DNA of 45,880 nucleotides from Clostridium sp. (GTDB lineage: Bacteria; Bacillota; Clostridia; Clostridiales; Clostridiaceae), in contig JAAZDF010000031.1 in the NCBI GenBank assembly GCA_012512905.1, positions 1-45,880 on the forward strand. Reading direction: 5' to 3'. Positions within the stretch are counted from its first letter, which is position 1, and each line of letters begins with the position of its first letter. The notes beneath the pieces are model-generated. The model saw nothing but the letters and a program-made list of their open reading frames with translations, ran no database searches and had not been told where the DNA came from. Position numbers and translations under genes: made by a program. This document shows positions 38,358-45,880 of this stretch, piece by piece.

Positions 38358-39095
38358 ATGTTTAAAAGTATAATAAATGGAATGAGATTTATATTTTCAG
38401 CGCTTAAGATATCATTTAAACTTCCTAAAGTAAATAAAACATTAGAAAGTGAAGGAAAAGATGCTGCATATGATGAAGCAATGCTAATAACAAAAAAACA
38501 CATTGATGAGGCCATTAAAATAGGAAAGATTAATTTAGATATTACAGGAACTGAAAATATACCAGATGAACCTGTTGTATTTATGGGGAACCATCAGTCA
38601 TATGTAGATATATATATGTTACTTAAAGCTATAGACCGAAGAGTAATATTAATTGCAAAGAAAGAGATAAATAAAATACCAGTAATAAGTAAGCTTGCAT
38701 CTTATTTACAAGTATTATTTTTGGATAGAGATAATCCTAGAAAAGATTTAATTGTAATAAGAAAAGCTATTAATATTTTAAAAGATAAAAACTATGATGT
38801 GCTTGTATATCCAGAAGGCACAAGAAGCAAGAGTAAAAAGATGGGGAAGTTTTTAGGAGGAAGTTTCAGAATTGCTCAAAAAACTAAAGCCCCAATTGTT
38901 CCAGTAGTCATTGATAATGCATATAAGGTTCTTGAAAAAGATAAGAGAATAAAAGAAAACGTCAATGTACATCTTAAAATATTAGAGCCTATATATATAG
39001 AAAAACTTTCTCAAGAAGAGCAAAAAAATATAAGTTCAATTCTTAAGGGGAAAATACAAAAAGAACTAGATGATTTAAATAAAACAACTAACTAA
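38358..39095 (+). CDS. plsC: 1-acyl-sn-glycerol-3-phosphate acyltransferase PlsC
   Basis: HX4D motif NHQSYVDI and YPEGTRS. AAGGAGAG RBS. Confidence 0.85.
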   Translation: MFKSIINGMRFIFSALKISFKLPKVNKTLESEGKDAAYDEAMLITKKHIDEAIKIGKINLDITGTENIPDEPVVFMGNHQSYVDIYMLLKAIDRRVILIAKKEINKIPVISKLASYLQVLFLDRDNPRKDLIVIRKAINILKDKNYDVLVYPEGTRSKSKKMGKFLGGSFRIAQKTKAPIVPVVIDNAYKVLEKDKRIKENVNVHLKILEPIYIEKLSQEEQKNISSILKGKIQKELDDLNKTTN

Positions 39096-39103
39096 AAAAA
39101 GAA

Positions 39104-39148
39104 AAGACTAGGTTTAAATTTGATCTAAACACTAGTCTTAATCTTTTT
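39104..39148. terminator. Intrinsic terminator between plsC and the Lrp gene
   Basis: aagactag...ctagtctt stem with inner gtttaaa/tctaaac pairing, then a T-rich tail. Confidence 0.55.
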
Positions 39149-39168
39149 ATATTTATTTTATAATTATA

Positions 39169-39636
39169 TTATAACTTTATATTTCTATATAAAGGCTGAG
39201 AAAGTGATATAAATGTATCGGTTTTTTGTATACCAGGTATCATATTTATATTATTCAATAATAAATCTTGTAGATGTGAAATATTTTTGCATATTACCTT
39301 TGTAAAAATACTATAATCTCCTGTTGTATAGTGAAGCTCCACAATTTCATTTATTTTAGCAAGTTCTTTAACTACTTCATCAAATGATGAACTTTTGTCT
39401 AGGTGGACTCCAACAAATGAGCAAACATCATAACCAAGTTTTGGCATATCTAAAAGAACTTTAGTTCCTTTAATTATACCTAAATCTTCCATTTTTTTCA
39501 TTCTGACATGTATAGTACCACCAGATACATGACATACTCTTGCAATCTCTAAATAGGGCGTTCTTGCATCTTTAATTAATATGTCAAGAATTTGTAAATC
39601 GAGTTCATCCAAACTTACAGTTGATTGTGCTGTCAT
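39169..39636 (-). CDS. Lrp/AsnC family transcriptional regulator
   Basis: N-terminal wHTH (LDLQILDILIKDARTPYLEIARVCHVSGGTIHVRMKKM) and C-terminal RAM/AsnC ligand domain. GGAGGTG RBS. Confidence 0.85.
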   Translation of the reverse strand: MTAQSTVSLDELDLQILDILIKDARTPYLEIARVCHVSGGTIHVRMKKMEDLGIIKGTKVLLDMPKLGYDVCSFVGVHLDKSSSFDEVVKELAKINEIVELHYTTGDYSIFTKVICKNISHLQDLLLNNINMIPGIQKTDTFISLSQPLYRNIKL

Positions 39637-40166
39637 ATTAACACCTCCGTTAATTTGTATATCCTATTATACCAAATAAAACCACATAAAATAGCAATTT
39701 CTTAATTTATTTTGAAAATATAGTAATTATGATAAAATATTTTAAGATATGTAATTTATTTAGTTTTGAGCGAAAACTTATTATACTAAAATTATGACAA
39801 TTTATCAAACCAAGTAAATAAAGCTATAATATTAGATTTATTGTATGATTTCTTTCCATATTTCATTATTATTATATTTTTTATAATTGCTTAATTCAAA
39901 ATTCTTGCATGAGAAATAAAAGTAGAAAAAGTTCTATCATGAACCATTCATTTTCAAAATAATTAGCTGAGAACTAATGACTAAAGCTATCTAAATATTT
40001 CTTTGGTACAGGCTTTATTTTCTACTAATGATTTTAACATATTAAAAATTTAAAAAGAAAAAACATTACAATTTAAACTAATATCCAAATCAAAAATTTA
40101 AGAATTCTTGATTTATCTTTAATTTTGCAATAGAATTGTATTATTGACAAAACTGGAGGGGATTAA

Positions 40167-40556
40167 ATGAATTGGAGTGTATTTTTAATTTTATTATTAA
40201 TGTTTGTTGGAGTTTTTGTATTATATACTTTTTTAAATATTAGTTATTTAAGTAAAATAAAAGTGAATCAGTGGTTAATTTTAGCAATTGCGGTAGTTTT
40301 TGTATTAGCAAGTTTAATTGTGCCGAACTATACTAGCAATAAAATACTAACAAATATATCAATTGGAATTTTCTTCTTTTTCTTTTTATGGTTTTTAGAT
40401 GCAAGAAAAGCTGATAATATCAGAAAAAGAAATAGAGAAACCACGAGAGTTATTAAACCTAAAGCAAATCCAAATAGAGTAAAACAGTTTAAAGATGAAG
40501 ATATAATAAAAACAGAAGATATATCAAAAAAAGGTAAAAAGAAAAGAAAAAAGTAA
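40167..40556 (+). CDS. Small membrane protein of unknown function with a polybasic C-terminal tail
   Basis: GGAGGGG RBS. Three hydrophobic segments, then a K/R-rich tail ending KKGKKKRKK. No family recognised. Confidence 0.5.
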   Translation: MNWSVFLILLLMFVGVFVLYTFLNISYLSKIKVNQWLILAIAVVFVLASLIVPNYTSNKILTNISIGIFFFFFLWFLDARKADNIRKRNRETTRVIKPKANPNRVKQFKDEDIIKTEDISKKGKKKRKK

Positions 40557-40571
40557 GATTTAAAATTTTCT

Positions 40572-40619
40572 AAAATAAAAATGTATGGCACTTAATTAAG
40601 CGCCATACATTTTTATTTT
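40572..40619. terminator. Bidirectional intrinsic terminator between the small membrane gene and nrdJ
   Basis: aaaataaaaatgtatggc ... gccatacatttttatttt long hairpin. Confidence 0.75.
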
Positions 40620-40639
40620 TTATTGTGATTTTATTAATA

Positions 40640-42082
40640 TTAAGAACATCCTGTTGTTGATCCACAGTCAAGGCAAACTTTACAAGTTCCATTTTGAACC
40701 ATTCTTTCACTAGAACAATTCGGGCAAATAGAACCATCATATAGTTTAGTACCATTTTTCTTGGCATCACTTATTAAATCTTCTTTAGTTTCATCTTCAT
40801 CTTTAAAAGATTCTTTCTGAGATAATTCTATTTCTACTCTATCACTTTCATTAAATAAGTCTACTTGTCCTGTTAAAACAAATGAGTCTTCATCGGGTTT
40901 AACTTGAACTCTTGAAAAATCATTCAATTCAATATCTATTACTTTTGAAATCAAATCAGATATTGAGGTTACATTTTTTATGTAAGGATGTTTTCTTACA
41001 AACCCATAAGGCTCATATTTTTGTCCTCTTAACATTCTAGATATATCCTCAGCAGGAATATCATATTGCAACATCACTGAAACAGTTTTTGATAATGAAT
41101 TAAGTAGGCCTGTTATAAGAGTTCCTTCTCTATCCGTTGTCATGTATATTTCTGATATCTTATTATTTATATTTCTATTTACAGTTATATAAACTTTAAC
41201 ATCTTCTATTTGGGCTGGATGTGTCCTGCCACTTCTAATTCCTTTCATTTTAACACGCCTAGATTCTTTTCTTGGCTTATCTGAAGGTTTATTTTTCTTT
41301 GCGAATTCTAATAGAGCATCGTAATTTAAGTCTTCAAGTTTTATATCTTTTACTTTATCATCAAGACTTGTATTAAGAGGTTGGGTAAATTTAGATCCAT
41401 CCCTATAAAGTGAAATTCCTTTTACTCCAGTTTCCCATGACTTGATGTGTACTTCTTTAAAATCATCTTCTGTTGCATATTTTGGAAGATTAACAGTTTT
41501 AGATATTGCACCTGATACAAGTGGTGTTAAGCTAGCTACCATTAATACATGGCCATAGTGATGGATAAATCTTTCTCCTGAACCATTAACATTTGCTGTA
41601 TCAAATATAGGTAAATGCTCATCCTTAATATGTGGAGCACCTTCAATTTTACCATCAATAATCATGCCATTCTCTTCTTTTCCAATATAATCCATTATGT
41701 CTATAACTTCTTCTTTATTATAGCCAAGATTTTTTAAAGCCACTTCTATTATAGGATTTGCAATTGTCATAAAACCGCCACCAACAAGTTTTTTATAAAC
41801 TATGTGAGAGAAAAACGGCTCTAAGCTAGTAGCTGCACAGTCCATTGCAAAAGAAATTGTACCAGTTGGTGCAATTACACTTACCTGGGCATTCCTATAA
41901 CCATGTTTCTCCCCAAGTTTTATAGCATCATTCCATGAGTTTTTAAGAGATGCTGATAAGTTTTGCAAATTTAAGTTTTCTAGAAGTTCGTGATCTACCA
42001 TCATTGGTTTGTAGTGAAGGTTTTCGAAGTCGGAGTCCAAAGTACCTGCAACTCTTGCGTGATTTCTTATTACTCTTTTCAT
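40640..42082 (-). CDS. nrdJ: Class II (adenosylcobalamin) ribonucleotide reductase NrdJ, C-terminal part (separated from the N-terminal part by one in-frame TAA)
   Basis: Begins MKRVIRNHARVAG. Contains ISLYRDGSK and a Cys-rich C-terminal tail CPNC-x10-CKVCLDC-x5-GCS. Same frame as ORF 42089-43675. No SD upstream of its ATG. Confidence 0.7.
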   Translation of the reverse strand: MKRVIRNHARVAGTLDSDFENLHYKPMMVDHELLENLNLQNLSASLKNSWNDAIKLGEKHGYRNAQVSVIAPTGTISFAMDCAATSLEPFFSHIVYKKLVGGGFMTIANPIIEVALKNLGYNKEEVIDIMDYIGKEENGMIIDGKIEGAPHIKDEHLPIFDTANVNGSGERFIHHYGHVLMVASLTPLVSGAISKTVNLPKYATEDDFKEVHIKSWETGVKGISLYRDGSKFTQPLNTSLDDKVKDIKLEDLNYDALLEFAKKNKPSDKPRKESRRVKMKGIRSGRTHPAQIEDVKVYITVNRNINNKISEIYMTTDREGTLITGLLNSLSKTVSVMLQYDIPAEDISRMLRGQKYEPYGFVRKHPYIKNVTSISDLISKVIDIELNDFSRVQVKPDEDSFVLTGQVDLFNESDRVEIELSQKESFKDEDETKEDLISDAKKNGTKLYDGSICPNCSSERMVQNGTCKVCLDCGSTTGCS

Positions 42083-42088
42083 ATATTT

Positions 42089-43675
42089 TTAATTTAGTTC
42101 ATATTTTTCAAAAGGTGATACTTTTTCTGCCATAAGAGCCGATACAGCATAGCTTTCACCTGTAATAAGACCAACTAAGGAAGCTGATATGGCTCTAGAT
42201 TCTTCTGAGTCATAAGGTATTCCCATAGCCATAAGTAAAGAAGCGATATTTGCAATCCCAAGGCCTGTTGTCCTAAATAGATGAGTTTTTCTAGCGATAT
42301 CTTCAGTTGGAAATTGTCCCCAGTGTATTGATGCTTCAAGTAAAAGTTGATTTAAACCTATCATATGTTTAAATCCGTCTATGTCAAATTCGTTAGTATC
42401 TGGATTATAGAATCTATATAAATTTAAAGAAGCTAAGTTACAACTAGTGTCATCTAAAAATGCATATTCACCACAAGGATTTGTGGAATTTAGCATATTA
42501 TGTTTAGCATAAAGATCTCCGTCCTCACCTTTAGGACAAGTATGCCAAGCATTAAATGTATCTGTAAACTGTGGAGCAGGATCAGCCGCTTTACATGCTG
42601 CACTATTAAATTTCTCCCATAAATCTCTTACATAAACATCTCTATCAACAGATGAGTCGACCCTACCTTTAAGAGTAATCTTTGCATCAGGATTTTTATC
42701 CAAATCAATTACTTTTTGCATAAATTCATCAGATATTCTAAGTGAATTATTAGAGTTTTGTCCTGAAACAGTTTCATAAGCTTCACCGTCCATACCTGCG
42801 TCGTATCCCATTTTAGCAAGAGCACGTACCTTATCTTCTTCTTCTGCTTTCCATGTGATAAAGTCTTCAATTTCAGGATGATCTATGTCTAAGCAAACCA
42901 TTTTTGCTGCTCTTCTTGTTGTTCCACCTGACTTTATTGCACCAGCATTTCTATCAAATCCTTTAAGGAAACTCATTAACCCAGACGATACGCCACCGCC
43001 TGACAGTTTTTCTCCATTGGCTCTAAGGTTTGAAAAGTTTGTCCCAGTTCCTGAACCACCTTTAAAAAGCTTAGTTTCAGTTGTGTATTGTTCGGATATA
43101 GAGTGAGAACCTAATAGTTTATCTTCAATAGAAAGAATAAAGCACGCTGAAGCTTGGGTTCTAGTATAGGTATCTTTTGATTTAAGAACTTTTTTCTTAT
43201 TGATGTCATAGTAGAACAGATCATTTTGACCACCAGATATTCCGTAACTTAGCTTTAATCCTGTATTAAACCATTGAGGAGAGTTTGGAGCATACATTTG
43301 GTTTAGTAAACCAAACACCATCTCATCATAAAATATACTTTTTTCCTTTTCAGTTTCAATAAGTCCTTCATCTGCTAAAGACTCAGCCCAAAAATTAACC
43401 ATCCTATGAACAACCATTTTCATAGAATTTTCATAACCTAACTCATTGTTTACTCCACGTTTTCTAAAGTATTTAGAGGCAATAATATCCACAGCATTTT
43501 GTGAGTAGTGGCTTGGGAATTCTAAATCTTTCATATCAAGCAATACTTCATTTGTTTTATAATCCATAAGTTTAACATCTCTTTTTTCCCATTTAAAAAG
43601 ATCATAAACAGATTTATCCGTATTATCTAACTCTTTTGTATAGTATCTTTTAAATAAATCATTTAATTTTCTCAT
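42089..43675 (-). CDS. nrdJ: Class II (adenosylcobalamin) ribonucleotide reductase NrdJ, N-terminal catalytic part
   Basis: Class II N-terminal domain (FKWEKRDVKL, HYSQNAVDIIASKYF), SACFIL, and radical-loop TNPCGEYAFLDDTSCNLASLNL. GGAGG RBS. Ends at TAA 42089-42091. Confidence 0.8.
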   Translation of the reverse strand: MRKLNDLFKRYYTKELDNTDKSVYDLFKWEKRDVKLMDYKTNEVLLDMKDLEFPSHYSQNAVDIIASKYFRKRGVNNELGYENSMKMVVHRMVNFWAESLADEGLIETEKEKSIFYDEMVFGLLNQMYAPNSPQWFNTGLKLSYGISGGQNDLFYYDINKKKVLKSKDTYTRTQASACFILSIEDKLLGSHSISEQYTTETKLFKGGSGTGTNFSNLRANGEKLSGGGVSSGLMSFLKGFDRNAGAIKSGGTTRRAAKMVCLDIDHPEIEDFITWKAEEEDKVRALAKMGYDAGMDGEAYETVSGQNSNNSLRISDEFMQKVIDLDKNPDAKITLKGRVDSSVDRDVYVRDLWEKFNSAACKAADPAPQFTDTFNAWHTCPKGEDGDLYAKHNMLNSTNPCGEYAFLDDTSCNLASLNLYRFYNPDTNEFDIDGFKHMIGLNQLLLEASIHWGQFPTEDIARKTHLFRTTGLGIANIASLLMAMGIPYDSEESRAISASLVGLITGESYAVSALMAEKVSPFEKYELN

Positions 43676-43746
43676 CTAAAACCTCCGTAATTTATAAATA
43701 AATACATAATATTAAACATAAAATTAATATTACATATTTACAGTAT

Positions 43747-43793
43747 AGTAGTATATGTTGTGGAAGGCAAACTATTTTTGTCAATATATAGTT
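43747..43793 (-). promoter_or_regulatory. Candidate tandem NrdR boxes upstream of nrdJ
   Basis: Gene-strand ccacaacatatactac (43747-43762) and plus-strand tgtCAATATATAGtta (43778-43793). Each matches about 11 of 16 positions of the NrdR palindrome acaCwAtATaTwGtgt as I recall it. Centre-to-centre distance is 31 bp. Confidence 0.35.
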
Positions 43794-43899
43794 ATATTTG
43801 TATGTATTATGAAACAATTTATTTATAATTTGTAATTAATTAAGATATTTCATGTAAATAATGATAAAATAGTAATTATAGAAATGAAGAGGGATGAGA

Positions 43900-44415
43900 A
43901 TGATAAAAATACTAGATTTAAAAAATACAAAAATTAGCGAAAAAAGTTATATTTCCAAAACTTCAACAATAATAGGTAGTGTAGAGATAAAAGAAAAAGC
44001 ATCTGTTTGGTATGGAGCTGTGATTAGAGGAGATACTGCACATATTCATATTGGAAAAAAATCAAATATTCAAGATAATACTGTTATCCATGCTGACAAT
44101 ATAGATCAGTTTTTTATTGGAGAGAATGTTACAGTTGGTCATGGGTGTTTACTTCATTGTAAGAAGATAGCTGGGAATTGCCTTATTGGAATGGGTTCTA
44201 TTATTATGAATGGCGTAATAATAGAAAAAAATTCTATTATTGGTGCTGGAAGTCTGGTTACTGAGAATAAGCATATAGGAGAAGGTCAGCTTTGGATGGG
44301 GAGTCCAGCAAAATATATTAGAGATTTAACAGAAAATGAAATAGAAGGTATAATGGATTCTGCAGAAGAATATTATGAGTTGTCAAAAATTCATAAGGGG
44401 GATATAAATGATTAA
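43900..44415 (+). CDS. Gamma-class carbonic anhydrase-like hexapeptide-repeat protein (YrdA/PaaY family)
   Basis: Left-handed beta-helix repeats (SVWYGAVIRGD, IQDNTVIHAD, VTVGHGCLLH, IGMGSIIMNG, IGAGSLV). ATG at 43900 is 6 nt after AAGAGGG. The ORF-track ATG at 43894 abuts the RBS. Confidence 0.8.
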   Translation: MIKILDLKNTKISEKSYISKTSTIIGSVEIKEKASVWYGAVIRGDTAHIHIGKKSNIQDNTVIHADNIDQFFIGENVTVGHGCLLHCKKIAGNCLIGMGSIIMNGVIIEKNSIIGAGSLVTENKHIGEGQLWMGSPAKYIRDLTENEIEGIMDSAEEYYELSKIHKGDIND

Positions 44416-45259
44416 ATTTGGAGATTTTAATGAATTAGAAGTAATAAGGGAAGCTGATTTTGGTGTTTACTTAGATGCTAAAACAGACAGTACATCAGAT
44501 GATATACTGCTTCCTAATGGTAGTATAGTAGGGGATAGGCCTTCTATAGGCGATATTGTAAATGCTTTTATATATAAAGATTCAAAAGACAGATTTGTTG
44601 CAACTATGAACGAGCCGAAAATTATTGTTGATACAATCGCTTTGCTTGAAGTAACTGATGAAGCTGATTTTGGAATGTTTTTAGACATAGGCCTTGAAAG
44701 AGACTTACTTGTTCCAAGAGGCGAGATGAACTATGAGATGGAAGTTGGGAAAAAATATTTAGTTTTTGTTTATGAAGACAAAACAGGAAGACTGGCAGCT
44801 TCTACAAAAATAGACAGATATTTAGATGAACCTCTAGAAGGTATGTTTGAAGTGGGTCAGGAAGTAACAGGCACTGTTTATGATGTTCAAACAAATAAAA
44901 CTTTAGAAGTAGCTATCGACAATAAGTATAAAGCCATTATTTTAGAAAATGAGTATTATACTAATATACAGCCAGGAGACAGTGTTACTGGTACAATAAA
45001 AAAGATTTTGGAAGATGGAAGAGTAAGCTTTACACCAAGAAAGAAAATGGTTGATGCTAGAGAAATTTTATCAGATGCTATTATGAAGGAACTTAAAGAT
45101 TCAGGAGGATCAATTCCGTACAATGATAAGTCAACACCTGATGAAATAAGAAAAAAATTTAAAACAAGTAAAAACTATTTTAAGATTGCTCTTGGGAATT
45201 TAATGAAGCAGGATCTTATATATCAAGATGTTAAGGGAACTCATCTTAAAGAAAAGTAA
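44408..45259 (+). CDS. cvfB: CvfB/YitL family S1-domain RNA-binding protein
   Basis: Three degenerate S1-like repeats (EADFGVYLD, EADFGMFLDIG, GTVYDVQ...LEVAID) plus a C-terminal winged-helix region. Overlaps the upstream stop. Confidence 0.8.
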   Translation: MIKFGDFNELEVIREADFGVYLDAKTDSTSDDILLPNGSIVGDRPSIGDIVNAFIYKDSKDRFVATMNEPKIIVDTIALLEVTDEADFGMFLDIGLERDLLVPRGEMNYEMEVGKKYLVFVYEDKTGRLAASTKIDRYLDEPLEGMFEVGQEVTGTVYDVQTNKTLEVAIDNKYKAIILENEYYTNIQPGDSVTGTIKKILEDGRVSFTPRKKMVDAREILSDAIMKELKDSGGSIPYNDKSTPDEIRKKFKTSKNYFKIALGNLMKQDLIYQDVKGTHLKEK

Positions 45260-45306
45260 AATCGGATAATTATAAAATGAAAATTTAAATGATTATCATA
45301 AATAAT

Positions 45307-45355
45307 GGCTATAAGATAGTTAGGTTGATTTGTTATTATCTTATAGCTGTTTTTT
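45307..45355 (+). terminator. Intrinsic terminator after cvfB
   Basis: gctataagata / tatcttatagc stem followed by a T-run. Confidence 0.6.
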
Positions 45356-45417
45356 ATTTTGCTCATCTAAAGTGTATTTTTTTTACTGAAAATTAGTCGA
45401 ATAAAATATTTAACATA

Positions 45418-45448
45418 TAAAAAAAGCAAAAGAAAAATATCTTTTGCT
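45418..45448 (-). terminator. Intrinsic terminator after the P-type ATPase gene
   Basis: agcaaaag / cttttgct stem. The A7 run on the plus strand is a U-run on the minus-strand transcript. Confidence 0.6.
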
Positions 45449-45472
45449 TTAGTTTTTATATGAAATTATAAG

Positions 45473-45880
45473 TTAATTTGCCTTTCTAAGTCTATTGAAT
45501 GCTTTAATTAGTTCATTAATAATAAGAGGTACAAGAGCTAGTCCAATTACAATAAGCCAGTCATTTAGTGGTAGATTGTGAACCTTAAAAGCATCAGCTA
45601 AAAATGGAACTGTTATAACAACTAATTGCATTAAAAATCCTATTATTATTGAGTATATTAAATACATATTTGAAAATAAACCGATTTGGAAAATTGATTT
45701 ACTTTCGTTTCTGAGAGTTAATGAATAAAATAGCTGACTTGTAGATAAAACAAGGAAAGCCATTGTACGAGCATATGCAAGTATTTCATCAGGTGCAGAG
45801 CTTGAACTAAATAATGTGTAACCTCTTTCATTAAGACCTATAGCAAAAGCTAAAAGAGTAAGGGAACCTATTAATACTCC
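45473..45880 (-). CDS. Cation-transporting P-type ATPase (Ca2+-ATPase-like), C-terminal fragment running off the window
   Basis: I translated the frame by hand and it stays open to 45880: ...GVLIGSLTLLAFAIGLNERGYTLFSSSAPDEILAYARTMAFLVLSTSQLFYSLTLRNESKSIF. This is the typical final TM helices of P2-type ATPases. Confidence 0.8.
   Translation of the reverse strand, partial: GVLIGSLTLLAFAIGLNERGYTLFSSSSAPDEILAYARTMAFLVLSTSQLFYSLTLRNESKSIFQIGLFSNMYLIYSIIIGFLMQLVVITVPFLADAFKVHNLPLNDWLIVIGLALVPLIINELIKAFNRLRKAN

Noticed and set aside
40328-40770. Minus-strand ORFs 40328-40591 (opposite the small membrane gene) and 40570-40770 (overlapping the nrdJ 3' end in another frame).
   Set aside because: Neither has an RBS. 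The first mirrors a gene that has a strong RBS. The second spans the terminator hairpin and overlaps the conserved Cys-rich nrdJ tail.
43676-43893. A cobalamin riboswitch upstream of the B12-dependent nrdJ.
   Set aside because: No B12-box-like GC-rich core is present, and the spacer is short and AT-rich. Such riboswitches normally control B12-independent isozymes or B12 uptake rather than nrdJ.
1-45880. CRISPR arrays, tRNA or rRNA genes, IS elements, integrases, prophage remnants and toxin-antitoxin pairs.
   Set aside because: I saw no regularly spaced repeats and no GC-rich cloverleaf-sized intergenic segments. None of the listed ORF translations has transposase, recombinase or phage motifs. 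No tRNA or repeat scanner was available, so small elements cannot be fully excluded.

Overview
AT-rich (by eye, not computed) chromosomal core region of a low-GC Firmicute of Clostridia/Tissierellia type. It is densely coding, with about 46 protein genes. I found no rRNA, tRNA, CRISPR array, transposase, integrase or phage gene. Gene order, left to right: a secreted coiled-coil NlpC/P60 wall hydrolase; comEB (dCMP deaminase), a GNAT and Ppx/GppA on the minus strand; an Mre11/SbcD-like nuclease plus a Rad50-like ATPase (YhaO/YhaN = SbcF/SbcE type); a CBS-pair protein; a 4-domain S1 protein; pepD; an ArAE-type membrane protein; and fetAB. Next comes the conserved cell-shape/division/ribosome-maturation supercluster radC-mreBCD-minCDE-rodA-rng-rplU-prp-rpmA-obg-yhbY-nadD-yqeK-rluD (14.4-26.9 kb). 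After it come glgBCDA, a D-Ala-D-Ala carboxypeptidase, comEA, gltX, a stand-alone ComEC-type MBL protein, an orphan membrane protein, plsC, an Lrp/AsnC regulator, a small membrane protein, a class II (B12) ribonucleotide reductase, a gamma-carbonic-anhydrase-like protein, cvfB and the 3' end of a P-type ATPase. Most convergent gene pairs are separated by clear hairpin terminators. This is mostly ordinary housekeeping DNA, and I did not find a convincing new multi-gene system. The observations most worth a second look are: (1) nrdJ is interrupted by a single in-frame TAA, giving two ORFs in the same frame; (2) a perfect GAAC-N4-GTTC LexA (Cheo) core lies between an extended -10 and the RBS of the nuclease/ATPase operon, and that ATPase carries a two-helix membrane hairpin in the middle of its coiled coil; (3) a near-consensus WalR box lies upstream of the CwlO-like hydrolase; (4) candidate tandem NrdR boxes 31 bp apart lie upstream of nrdJ; (5) the comE functions are dispersed, and ComEC is represented only by its MBL domain. 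All motif calls were made by eye without scoring matrices and are labelled as such.
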